Assembly: GCA_016176295.1 (NCBI GenBank)
Contig: JACOXN010000008.1
Span: forward strand, 4,638-68,637
Reading direction: 5' to 3'
Source: Candidatus Giovannonibacteria bacterium
GTDB taxonomy: Bacteria > Patescibacteriota > Minisyncoccia > UBA11713 > 2-01-FULL-45-33
Length of the DNA: 64,000 nt
This document shows positions 30,244 to 39,385 of this stretch, in pieces; within the stretch, counting starts at the first letter, position 1, and each line of letters begins with the position of its first letter. The notes under the pieces are model-generated. The model made no database searches and was not told the origin of the DNA. It saw only the letters and a program-made list of their open reading frames with translations. The position numbers were made by a program, and so were the translations under genes.

Positions 30244-30280
30244 ATGAAAACTCGATTATTCGGGCCGCACCCCGCCTCAT

Positions 30281-30700
30281 TCAAAAAATCAGTTTTTGCA
30301 GTTTCTCATTTTTACCGGGATCTGGCGCAACAAATATCCTGCGATCACTCGTGCCTCCTATATCCCTGATTATTCCTTTTCGGAATTTTATCCAATTGAT
30401 TATGCTTCCGCCCAATGGAGGTTTGTGGTGCGGAGTGATACTCCCGTCGGGCTTAAAGTAAAAGCATCTGTTTTCGCCCATAACGAGGCACGCCTGATAC
30501 CCGAACCTTTGGGGAAAATCGCCGTATGTGTCGATAAGATACTGTTCGCCTTCCGCGATAAATTCATCGGGAATAGGTATCAGCGAATAAACGCCGAAGC
30601 CGACCCTTACCACCAAATATGGAAAATCCTCTGAGTGGAGCTTGCCTTCCGGCCAGGCAAGTGTGGTGTAATCGTCTTTGAAGAGATTAATTTCAGCCAT
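30281..30700 (-). CDS. Hypothetical protein under SAM-I riboswitch control (139 aa)
   Basis: ATG at 30700 directly after the riboswitch terminator; no recognised family. Confidence 0.7.
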   Translation of the reverse strand: MAEINLFKDDYTTLAWPEGKLHSEDFPYLVVRVGFGVYSLIPIPDEFIAEGEQYLIDTYGDFPQRFGYQACLVMGENRCFYFKPDGSITPHHKPPLGGSIINWIKFRKGIIRDIGGTSDRRIFVAPDPGKNEKLQKLIF

Positions 30701-30732
30701 AAAAACGGAAAACTCTTTCCCGGAGGAAAGAG
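30701..30732 (-). terminator. Intrinsic terminator of riboswitch expression platform
   Basis: Minus strand CTCTTTCC-TCCG-GGAAAGAG-TTTTCCGTTTTT. Confidence 0.75.
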
Positions 30733-30796
30733 CGTAAATTGGCCAATAATTCGACCCGCCTGCATTCGCCTTCGGCACAAGCCTTGGCGGGCAAGC

Positions 30797-30926
30797 CTTT
30801 ATCTTTCCTGGGCTCCGACGCTTCGGTCGGAGCAGGCTGGATTTAGCACCCGTTCAAGGAGCTTTCGCTCTCTCAGGGTTGCTGATGGTTCGCGGGGCCA
30901 GTGCCCTCCCCATCTCTCGATAAACT
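30797..30926 (-). ncRNA. SAM-I (S-box) riboswitch
   Basis: Minus strand TTTATC-GAGA-GATGG..GAGGG-CACTGG-CCC..GAA-CCATC-AGCAACC...GGTGCT-AAATCCAG-CCTG...CAGG-AAA-GATAAA: P1-P4, kink-turn, CUGG/CCAG pseudoknot. Confidence 0.92.
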
Positions 30927-30972
30927 ATTCAGTTGTCAGTAATAAAACCTAGAAGTATCGGAAAAGTAACAA

Positions 30973-31191
30973 TTATTTCTTCAAAGCTATTCGTTTTCTG
31001 ATTTCTTCAACAAGTTCAGGAGAGTTTCGATGTTTTGCTACTTTCGCGGTAACAAGTAATATGTCTTCTTCAGTCAACCCACCATTCTTAAGATCCCAAA
31101 TCCATTCCGTAATTTTTTCTTCAAATACTCCTTCTGCACTCAGTTTTTCAATCCACTCCCTGTTGTCAGAAAATATTGATATTTTTTTCAT
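30973..31191 (-). CDS. Small hypothetical protein at end of RM operon
   Basis: 72-aa ORF, co-oriented, 34 bp after vsr. Confidence 0.6.
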   Translation of the reverse strand: MKKISIFSDNREWIEKLSAEGVFEEKITEWIWDLKNGGLTEEDILLVTAKVAKHRNSPELVEEIRKRIALKK

Positions 31192-31225
31192 AGATACGAT
31201 TTTATGGGGTAATTATCATAAGGTA

Positions 31226-31648
31226 TCATAAATTTAGCAAAATTGAACCAACTTTCTTAATAGCATTGCTTGGATTTTTCTTTATTTCGTGCTCCCAGAT
31301 CCGCAGAACTTTCCATCCGGCTTTACGAAGTTTTATTTGGTTTTTTTTATCCCTTTTAATATTATCCTCAATTTTTTGCAGCCAATATTTTTTAGGCAAC
31401 CTGTCTTTATTTTTTGCGAATTGATACCCATGCCAAAAATCCCCGTCAATAAATACGGCAAGCTTATGTTTTGGGAAAACGATATCCGGCTTCCCTGGCA
31501 GTTTTGAACAGTGTTTAATATAACGAAATCCCTTCGGATATATTTGACTGCTTAATAACTTAAGAAATTCGATTTCAAGTTTAGTATTTTTGGCACGTAT
31601 GCGAGACATGATTTCGCTTCTTTTCTTTTTCGTGAAAACATCCATCAT
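31226..31648 (-). CDS. vsr: Very short patch repair endonuclease
   Basis: MDVFT..KRSEIMSRIRAKNTK.E, LPGKPDI, FIDGDFWHG, LRIWEHE. Confidence 0.95.
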   Translation of the reverse strand: MMDVFTKKKRSEIMSRIRAKNTKLEIEFLKLLSSQIYPKGFRYIKHCSKLPGKPDIVFPKHKLAVFIDGDFWHGYQFAKNKDRLPKKYWLQKIEDNIKRDKKNQIKLRKAGWKVLRIWEHEIKKNPSNAIKKVGSILLNL

Positions 31649-31656
31649 CAGACCTA

Positions 31657-33540
31657 TTACTTCATCTGATAGTAAAAATACGTCCCTTCTGGAAATTTAA
31701 TGTTGGGGACCCACAGAGGGCGGCCGTTCCAGCCCTTCTCAGTTTCCCCATTGAGTCTATACATTATTAGGACTAATTGATTGTTATAATGGCTTGCGAG
31801 TTCTCGGTCAGGAGGAGAAAGTAAAGTACGTGTTCCTTTGCTTATGCTTCTGTTTGTTCTAATAATCAATTTGCATTGATATTTTGCATGTTTTTTAAGC
31901 GAACGAACGCAATCCGCAAACGAATGCTGATACCAAAGATCGTTTTTTTCTATGGTGACCGAATTAAGAAGTTTCTCTGCTTCAGCAAGCGGAATATCGC
32001 GTTCATCATCTGATGTTCCAAGCTCTGCATCCAATTTTTTTAACCCAGCATCTGTTGGCAGCATTGGGAAGTAGTTGACATTGCCGGCAACAACCATTAA
32101 ATCGTCCTTTAGTACGACATTGGCTCGGGTCGGCCTTGTTCCAGCTGGAGTCAAAATGCTTACAGCTTGCGGGCCTTTCTGCCTTAGAGTTTCAAACAAA
32201 GCGTTATTTGCATCGTTTAGTTCTTTGAATAACTTTATTAATGGCCGAGGACTAAAGATGCGACATAGCCCAGAATCGCGATCGTACCCAAAAATTCTTG
32301 CGTGCTGCCAATAAGTATCTGCTTGCGGTTTTTTCGAGCTTCTGCAATAATAAACGACTTGAAGGCCTGGAAAAGTAACGCCTCGCCCCAATGTGTTGCC
32401 TCCTATAACAATATTGAGTCCTTTGTCATAAACTGCTCCATCCGGCGTGTTTGAATTAAGTACTATGATGCTGATAATAGGCATATCTGATCTAAGAAAT
32501 TGCATTATTTCATCAAAACTTTTTATACTCGCTTTTGTTTTAGAAAATTCCTCCCACGCATCACGAAGATCGAATTCGAGAGTTGCGGAATTAGCTATCA
32601 AATCATTTTTTACTCCTTCAAGAAATTTTTCTATTTTAGTGCTGACTGTACTGTGTTCGCTAATCCTTGTTCCCGGATGTATCAGCATCGTACAAACAGG
32701 TTTCTCTTTAGTTAGAAAAAGATCAGAGGCAGCCACCAAAAAGTGCAACGCTGCTTTCCGAAGCCCTATCGGTACGTGTTCCGCTTTTAAGAGATCGTCT
32801 CGTTCATTATCTTCGGTTTCGATAGCACATTTCGACTCATCTCCATAAAAGAAATCTCCCCCCAGATAACCTTTTCCTGGAGGAAGATAAAATGAATACT
32901 CTGGCTTCCAAAGGGATTGCGATACCTGTAACACAAGCGATTGAGGCGTTGCTGTTACATGAAGGTAAATGCTAGATGGCGCTTGCGAGTTAATCTTTTC
33001 AAGAAGCCTATTTATTGCGCTTTGATCTTTTTGATTGATTTTTGTATTTAAACTTGAGGCATCCGCCTCATCATCAAGAATAAATAATGGCTCATCCTTA
33101 TATATCGGATTGCTGTCGATATTGTTTGACCACGTCTTGAGAACGCTGGCATTCTTTTTCAAAACAAGCATAGTAGGCATCTGCAATCCTCGGGTTAAAA
33201 AAGCTTGTTCATCCATTTCTCCCAGAACATTGAACCCTGCAATAAATCCTCCAAGAGCTGCCTTAGCCCGTTCAAGCGTTTGTTTGTGCAGAATCACATT
33301 ATCAGTAGTGACCAGAATAAAGAATTTGAATCCTTTGTCAGCTGCAGCTGAAGCAATAGCTAGCATTTGCCCAGTTTTACCGCTTTGGACGTGCCCATAA
33401 AGCAATCCGGACGCATGGCTGTTAAAATCAAAAGTATCGACATGCTTTTTTGTAAACTCATCTGCACTCCTCCTTAAAGAAACCTCCAATGCCGGAGATT
33501 GCGTTGCAACGCGCTTAAGATAATTTTCTAAATAGGTCAT
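31657..33540 (-). CDS. SF2 helicase-like ATPase with Z1 domain (H subunit of CglI/NgoAVII-type system)
   Basis: GHVQSGKT, LDDEAD, TATPQ, Z1 motifs IGGNTLGRGVTF and QADTYWQHARIFGY; ATGA overlap with REase. Confidence 0.88.
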   Translation of the reverse strand: MTYLENYLKRVATQSPALEVSLRRSADEFTKKHVDTFDFNSHASGLLYGHVQSGKTGQMLAIASAAADKGFKFFILVTTDNVILHKQTLERAKAALGGFIAGFNVLGEMDEQAFLTRGLQMPTMLVLKKNASVLKTWSNNIDSNPIYKDEPLFILDDEADASSLNTKINQKDQSAINRLLEKINSQAPSSIYLHVTATPQSLVLQVSQSLWKPEYSFYLPPGKGYLGGDFFYGDESKCAIETEDNERDDLLKAEHVPIGLRKAALHFLVAASDLFLTKEKPVCTMLIHPGTRISEHSTVSTKIEKFLEGVKNDLIANSATLEFDLRDAWEEFSKTKASIKSFDEIMQFLRSDMPIISIIVLNSNTPDGAVYDKGLNIVIGGNTLGRGVTFPGLQVVYYCRSSKKPQADTYWQHARIFGYDRDSGLCRIFSPRPLIKLFKELNDANNALFETLRQKGPQAVSILTPAGTRPTRANVVLKDDLMVVAGNVNYFPMLPTDAGLKKLDAELGTSDDERDIPLAEAEKLLNSVTIEKNDLWYQHSFADCVRSLKKHAKYQCKLIIRTNRSISKGTRTLLSPPDRELASHYNNQLVLIMYRLNGETEKGWNGRPLWVPNIKFPEGTYFYYQMK

Positions 33541-34586
33541 CTTTTGTTAGAGAAATCTAAAAGCCATAAATCTGGTTTGATGGTTTGTTTGAGGGAGATG
33601 GTATGACGGCCGTATTTATCCAAAACTTCTTTAGTTACAGGCTGCCCAACCTTAAGGCATCCTGCATTTTCAAGCCGTCCTTTAATCCAGCGACCGAGTG
33701 TTCTCAAATCGTTTTCCGATCTGAAATTTTTTCCATTTTGGCCCTCTATTTTGCATTTGAAAGACCATCCGTCATCGGTAAATACTCGAATAACGGAACC
33801 ATTTTTAGGGTATGTCGGGGATGATGTAATCTCTCTCGGAACTATCAACTCCGCCTCATACCAGTGGCGGGGACGGATTGCTCCTGTTTTAGTTGCAAGC
33901 CTGCCTTTGCCGAAATAAGCATTGAGGTTACTTTTTTCGGTCGTCTTAAGAGGCAAATCAAAAACGGTATCCGTCAAAGCGTTTTCAACTTCCCGGTATG
34001 TTTCTGGGTCGGCTTTTTCCACGCCGATTCTGTTTTTTAACAAATCTCTCGAGGCGTTGAATGCAGCAGGCTTCCAATCAAGAATATTGTGCGATGCTTT
34101 TTTTACAAGATCGCTATGCAAAGATTCAAGATCGCGCAAGGCCTCATTCTCCGTAAAAAACACATCGACTTCCCATTGCCTGCTGTCTACTATATTGCTT
34201 AAATTTGAGGACCCGAGCATCCCTGATATTGGTTCTCCAGCTTTGTAGAATAAATAGGTCTTGCCATGAAATTTAAATGCAGTGCAAACATGGACGCTGC
34301 CTATGTTCTTATCTTTTAGAAAGGAGGCCAAATCAATAGCAGCTTCATATTGCGTCCGCGTAAAACCCTCTCTTCCATGCATGCCCAAAACTAAACTGCA
34401 TGTTTTTACCTTGCCCTCATCAAGATAAAAAAGAAGAATAGACTTTAATTCTAATAGAGACTCTTCCGTGATATAGCCAGTGGCTATTTTAATTTCGTCA
34501 GAATTTAAAATGCCAGATTCAAATGCTTCGCTAAATGTTGAATTGCTGTACTCGCACGGTTTTATGTTCGAGTAAAGAAGTTTCAT
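33537..34586 (-). CDS. PLD-family restriction endonuclease (NgoFVII/CglI-like)
   Basis: IATGY, FHGKTYLF (HxK), GSSNLS; C-terminal SNLNAYFGKGR..RHWYEAEL..KNFRS..L..LGRWIKGRL. Confidence 0.88.
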   Translation of the reverse strand: MKLLYSNIKPCEYSNSTFSEAFESGILNSDEIKIATGYITEESLLELKSILLFYLDEGKVKTCSLVLGMHGREGFTRTQYEAAIDLASFLKDKNIGSVHVCTAFKFHGKTYLFYKAGEPISGMLGSSNLSNIVDSRQWEVDVFFTENEALRDLESLHSDLVKKASHNILDWKPAAFNASRDLLKNRIGVEKADPETYREVENALTDTVFDLPLKTTEKSNLNAYFGKGRLATKTGAIRPRHWYEAELIVPREITSSPTYPKNGSVIRVFTDDGWSFKCKIEGQNGKNFRSENDLRTLGRWIKGRLENAGCLKVGQPVTKEVLDKYGRHTISLKQTIKPDLWLLDFSNKR

Positions 34587-34596
34587 TCAAGTATCT

Positions 34597-35652
34597 TTAT
34601 AATTCGCTTAAAAACTTTTTAATTGCTCTAGCTATCGGCCTTATCCCGGCAGGTGGGACTGAGTTTCCAATCTGTCTTCTTACTTCAGCTATCGAGCCTG
34701 CAAAAACAAAATCATCAGGATAGCCAAAGAGCCTGGCGCGTTCTCTATTCGTTAAAGGCCGAGGTTCATTGAAATGGTATCCCCAAGTGCCTCCGCCCCC
34801 GCCTGCGATGATGGTAGTTGACGGCTTGTCCGGATGCAAGCGACGATAAACATGAGAAATCATTCCTTTGACATAATGCGGAGAGGTTTTAGGAATATCT
34901 GTGAAATTTCCTCCTGGAGGAATAAGCCTCAATTTTGCGATAGTGCTGGGATTAATATTTTGATGTTCGTTGTTAAAAATTGCTTTTTCCACCCCCCGCA
35001 AGGCCTCCTTGGCAGTAACGTAATTTCCCGGACCACGCGTAGGTGCAGGCAACTCAAAATCTTTTTTGATGTCATTGCGAACGCCAATAATCAGCACCCT
35101 TTCCCGCAGCTGGGGAGCCCCATAACTGGCAAAATTAATCGGATTTACCGTTACTTTGTAACCAGCTTCTGCAAAGTCGCTTCTAATCTGTTCAACAGCT
35201 TTTCCTTTGTTTGCGCTCAAAAGACCCTTTACATTTTCGGCGACAAACATTTTGGGCTGTTTTGCAACAACAATCCGTACAAATTGGCGATATAAATTTC
35301 CGCGTTCTGTTTTTAAACCCATGCGTTTCCATACCATGGAAAAATCTTGGCAAGGAAACCCGCCTAAAACAATATCGCAACAAGGAATATCGTCTGTTTT
35401 GACATCAACTATGCTTCCTTCAACAATATGATCGCCGAAATAATTTTTGAAAGTCTCACATGCCCAATGATTAACGTCATTTGCCCATATCACATCAAAG
35501 CCCTCCTGTTCGAATCCAAGGTCCATGCCCCCGGACCCCGAAAAAAGTGATACAATTTTTAATGAATTCTTGGCTCCTTTGCTTGCTTTTTGAAACTCGC
35601 TTTTTACGAGTTTTGTATTAACTTTGGACTGTTTTTTTTGTTCGGTTTGCAT
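34597..35652 (-). CDS. dcm: DNA (cytosine-5) methyltransferase
   Basis: SLFSGSGG, GGFPCQDFS, ENVKG, PQLRERV, QIGNSVP; TRD SHVYRRLHP..PSTTIIAGGGGGTWGYH. Confidence 0.95.
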   Translation of the reverse strand: MQTEQKKQSKVNTKLVKSEFQKASKGAKNSLKIVSLFSGSGGMDLGFEQEGFDVIWANDVNHWACETFKNYFGDHIVEGSIVDVKTDDIPCCDIVLGGFPCQDFSMVWKRMGLKTERGNLYRQFVRIVVAKQPKMFVAENVKGLLSANKGKAVEQIRSDFAEAGYKVTVNPINFASYGAPQLRERVLIIGVRNDIKKDFELPAPTRGPGNYVTAKEALRGVEKAIFNNEHQNINPSTIAKLRLIPPGGNFTDIPKTSPHYVKGMISHVYRRLHPDKPSTTIIAGGGGGTWGYHFNEPRPLTNRERARLFGYPDDFVFAGSIAEVRRQIGNSVPPAGIRPIARAIKKFLSEL

Positions 35653-35775
35653 GATTACATTGTATACAATTTATGGCGAAAAAGCCGCCCCTCTAAATTG
35701 CCGGAAACGCATATTATGGCTTCATTGAGCCGCAAAAAAGGCTTAAACATGTGGATAAGCTCTGCTGGCTTATTA

Positions 35776-38022
35776 TTATTGAACATGATTCACCGTATCG
35801 CTTGCAAAAATTGTAGTGTGAGTGTTTCCGGGTGCCATTATTACAGGCCACCAAAAGGAAGAACCCATCCATCCTTGATTTTCGTCTCCTTTGACATGAA
35901 CCAAAATCAGAACTGGAATGTTTTCAGCTATCTTTTGCGCAATGGCACGAGTTGTCTCGCTATCAGGAACGTCAGAAAAACGGCCTCCCGTTCTAATTCT
36001 AGTTATATCGCTCTCTGACTTTATAACATATACCTTGCCTGTTAGAGTTTTATCACAAGAGTTAATTGATAAATGTTCAAGACTTGCCTTGTGTGCTTTT
36101 ATATCCCATTTAGTTCCTTTTTCTTCGGAAAATGTTTTGTCGATTTTTTCAAGTAAGCCAACAGCCTGATCGATTGAAATTATATAGTGGTTTGCATCCG
36201 GCACAGCTGCCTGTAATCCAAGAATTTCATTATCTAATTCCTCTATGTACTTTTTGATATTGCTTTTAAAGCCGGTTTGGAAACCTATGGGTAATAGTCT
36301 TTTGTACGATTTAAGCGTCGTAATGCTTGATAGCATTATTTTGTTTGGGGAACAGGGAACCAATTTATCGTTAGCGTCTTTACGAATAAAATAAACACCA
36401 CGTTCATGCGAACCATTGAGAAATGCTTCTCGAAGAGCGTTATCAAATTCGTGAATCCGACGCATGATTTCGTAAATACCACGCGTGGTATAAAAACGAG
36501 TGACTGCCAAATCCTCTTTAGATCGGGCTCCGTACATTCGCGAGTGCTGCAAAACGGTATCTTGCTGAAATTTCTTCGGGTTTCGGCCATAGTAAAACCC
36601 GATCATATTTTTTATTGTAATACCACGATCCAAAATTTGTCCGCCTATAAAAATGTTGAGAGGAGTCCGCAGTTTTAGTTGTCCTTTGACGTCGAGCAGA
36701 GCCTTAACATCTTTGTCAGAATTAACCTTTTCAACAACAAGCATGCCACCTATCAATGCTTTGGATACATTCTGTAAAACAGAATCGAATTCAGGAAGTT
36801 TAATGTCTGTAAGCTCAATAGATTTTTTCAGATCGGCGTACGCGTCTTTAACCAACCGGTCAAAAAGGGTCCGATCTTCTTTAGCGATTTTTATCAATTC
36901 TTCGTTAAGCTTATTTACAACGTCTTCCTGCCAGTTGTGCGAGCTTCGCGACTGTTCTGTGTGGATAACAAAACTATAATTTTCCTGTCTTTTCTCGGTC
37001 TCTTCCTGCTGAATCCGCCGGATACAACCTCCAACAATAAAATTCATTATTGAATTTCTGATTGTCTTGGTTGATGGGCTTGTAAATACCTCTTCAATTT
37101 TGAATGACCGGCGATCAGCTCTTTTCAACTTCTTTGTGGCTTTCAAAATTTCAAGCTCTTCCGGCGGAACTTCTTCGTAAACATAAGAAGCGGCCGTACC
37201 ATCTTTTTCGCTTTCTATAAAATAATAGTCTCCACCCACATAATCCTTATGAATTGGCACGAGAACCGTAAAAGCTGGCCGCTTGGGAGGGAAGATCCCG
37301 GTCTCACTTTCGGCATCATCTGGCTGGAGATATAGGGAGTATGGCGTTGCGGTTACCTGCAAAAAATCTGACTGCTCGACTTTGGTTCTTATTTCATCAA
37401 TCTGTTTGGCAATTTTCCCTTGCTCAATGAGACCGCTTTCTTTTTCTTTATGAAAACTAATACTTGCGAAATCAGCCTCATCATCAATGATAAGAATCTT
37501 TTTGTTCTTAAGGTCAGGGTAAGTATTTGTGAGATCATTCAGAACACGTTTGAGATTATTAATTTCCTTCTTGGCGACAATAATGAGCTTCTGGCTCAAT
37601 TCATACGGAACCATATTTTTGGGGAAAAACATAATGTCGTGAATTTGCACTTTGTTATCATCTTCAAAGACACTGAAATCTTCGTGCAGTCGTTTCAGCG
37701 TCTGTTCCGTAAGCGGTTTTGTTCCTTTGGTCAGAATAATCGTTATGTCGTAACCATTATCAAAAGCAAGTGCAATTGCACCCAGAAATGCCCGAGTTTT
37801 ACCGCTCTGAACTTTACCGAGCAAAATACCAGGTTTTTTAGAGCTTGTATCAGAAGCCAATAATTTATTGACAATTTCTTCGATACAATCTTTCAAACCG
37901 CTATCATCCTTACGATTTGCAGTTAATGTATTATAAAAATGACTTTTCCTCAAAACTACATTTTTAAGTTTTGATTCCTGTATTAAACCTTTATCTTTTT
38001 TGGTATCTGTGTCGAACGCCAT
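35776..38022 (-). CDS. Second, longer helicase-Z1 domain protein
   Basis: GKVQSGKT, IDDEADFAS, TATPY, IGGQILDRGITI, QQDTVLQHSRMYG. Confidence 0.85.
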   Translation of the reverse strand: MAFDTDTKKDKGLIQESKLKNVVLRKSHFYNTLTANRKDDSGLKDCIEEIVNKLLASDTSSKKPGILLGKVQSGKTRAFLGAIALAFDNGYDITIILTKGTKPLTEQTLKRLHEDFSVFEDDNKVQIHDIMFFPKNMVPYELSQKLIIVAKKEINNLKRVLNDLTNTYPDLKNKKILIIDDEADFASISFHKEKESGLIEQGKIAKQIDEIRTKVEQSDFLQVTATPYSLYLQPDDAESETGIFPPKRPAFTVLVPIHKDYVGGDYYFIESEKDGTAASYVYEEVPPEELEILKATKKLKRADRRSFKIEEVFTSPSTKTIRNSIMNFIVGGCIRRIQQEETEKRQENYSFVIHTEQSRSSHNWQEDVVNKLNEELIKIAKEDRTLFDRLVKDAYADLKKSIELTDIKLPEFDSVLQNVSKALIGGMLVVEKVNSDKDVKALLDVKGQLKLRTPLNIFIGGQILDRGITIKNMIGFYYGRNPKKFQQDTVLQHSRMYGARSKEDLAVTRFYTTRGIYEIMRRIHEFDNALREAFLNGSHERGVYFIRKDANDKLVPCSPNKIMLSSITTLKSYKRLLPIGFQTGFKSNIKKYIEELDNEILGLQAAVPDANHYIISIDQAVGLLEKIDKTFSEEKGTKWDIKAHKASLEHLSINSCDKTLTGKVYVIKSESDITRIRTGGRFSDVPDSETTRAIAQKIAENIPVLILVHVKGDENQGWMGSSFWWPVIMAPGNTHTTIFASDTVNHVQ

Positions 38023-38300
38023 AAATTGCCTTCATCTTCTCACAAATTCCGTTATTTTTCCAGCGTTTTAGAGACGTCCAAATTATCAACTAGGGCTCTA
38101 TGGACTCCTAAGGTAGAGTTGCGTCATTCCTTGTGTTGTATGAAAAACACAAGCATTACAGGGCCTTTGGGGGCGGTCCAGGAGCAAAATAAGTAGCCCC
38201 CGCAAAGGATTAGGTACTGCCTCTATGCCCGGAGATATTTTGGAATATAAAAAGTAGATGAAAACTCGATTACTCGGATTGCGCCGAAAAAAAATTGTCT

Positions 38301-38390
38301 TGGCGGAGGAGGTGAGATTCGAACTCACGAGAGGATTTCTCCCCTACCGCTTTTCGAGAGCGGCCCATTCAACCACTCTGGCACTCCTCC
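38301..38390 (-). tRNA. tRNA-Ser(CGA)
   Basis: CCGCT-CTCGAAA-AGCGG anticodon arm, long variable arm, GCCA end. Confidence 0.95.
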
Positions 38391-38408
38391 AAATGGTTTC
38401 AGTTCCTG

Positions 38409-38480
38409 TCCCCCCACTAGGAATCGAACCTAGGTCTACGGATTAAGAGTCCGCTGCTTTACCAATTAAGCTATGGGGGG
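38409..38480 (-). tRNA. tRNA-Lys(CTT)
   Basis: CCCCCCA/TGGGGGG acceptor stem, GCGGA-CTCTTAA-TCCGT anticodon arm; CCA not encoded. Confidence 0.9.
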
Positions 38481-39206
38481 GGATCTTGTTAAATTTACAG
38501 GACGGGCGGTTTTTGTCAAAACAGTCCATTGTTTTTGCGTTTTTACTACGTGCGGATCCAAGCCGCTTAAAACCGCCTGTATCCACCCGAAAATCCTGTA
38601 CCGCATATCTGTTCCCTTCGGAACTTCTATTCTAATAGTACCGTAATATAAATTATTTTTCCTATAACCTGTGCTAAGCGGTTTTATGAAGCTTTTACCA
38701 AAATGATGTAAAGGTATTTTTGTAAGTTCGGACCAAAATTTTTTTATTTTAAATTCGTTTTGTTGCGGATAAATATTCAAACGAGCCTTTAAAAATTCCG
38801 GCTTGATTTTAAAGATCCTTTCTATCCACAGAACAAAAAACAAAATTAAGTGAGGATCGGAATTAGTAAAAGCCAAATTTTTTCCTTTACTGCCCTCAGC
38901 CCAGTATAAAGCTGCGCCCATCAACCTGCATGTTTCGTGGTCTAACGGCAATTTTACCTCCTTTTTAGCTAACTGCATAATTTCACTTACTTCTTTTGCT
39001 CGTCTTTGCTTTTGGCTTCTTGGTCCCAAAGAAAGAATTTCAATTTGTTTCGTGTATAATCTTTTTCTTTGCTCCCGGTTCAGAATAATGGATTTAAGCC
39101 ATAAACTTAGCGTGCTTTTAGCCACAGGAATTTTACGACGTATTTCGTTATAACTAAGGCCGGATTTCCTTAATAGAATTGCTTGCTTTTTTAATTTTTT
39201 TTTCAT
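38466..39206 (-). CDS. HTH plus LAGLIDADG-like protein, tRNA-adjacent (copy 1)
   Basis: LRKSGLSYNEI...VAKSTLSLWL HTH; GAALYWAEGSK...FTNSDP.LI motif; stop codon inside tRNA-Lys. Confidence 0.7.
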   Translation of the reverse strand: MKKKLKKQAILLRKSGLSYNEIRRKIPVAKSTLSLWLKSIILNREQRKRLYTKQIEILSLGPRSQKQRRAKEVSEIMQLAKKEVKLPLDHETCRLMGAALYWAEGSKGKNLAFTNSDPHLILFFVLWIERIFKIKPEFLKARLNIYPQQNEFKIKKFWSELTKIPLHHFGKSFIKPLSTGYRKNNLYYGTIRIEVPKGTDMRYRIFGWIQAVLSGLDPHVVKTQKQWTVLTKTARPVNLTRSPPIA

Positions 39207-39385
39207 ATTTGTACAACCAAGCATACCACACATAATAACCTAAAGGTAGTATTTATTCACATATGGACAAAATATGTTTTTAATGCTATGGTTACCAGGT
39301 AAAAATTCATTAGTGATTGTTCATTGAAATGATAAGGATGTGAACAGATAACGTACTAAACGGAACAAAAAACACGGAGGTTTTT

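Larger units (their letters stand above)
30213..38272. mobile_element. ~8-kb genomic island bounded by a 46-bp direct repeat; no integrase inside
   Basis: GCCCGGAGATATTTTGGAATATAAAAAGTAGATGAAAACTCGATTA at 30213-30258 and 38227-38272; AT-richer RM cargo. Confidence 0.8.

Noticed and set aside
30701..30778. N-terminal extension of ORF 30281-30778, and ORF 30635-30952
   Set aside because: They overlap the SAM-I riboswitch platform and terminator; ATG 30700 is the better start.
38111..38226. Lysine riboswitch (AGGTAGAG start)
   Set aside because: The remaining conserved lysine-riboswitch helices and motifs could not be found.
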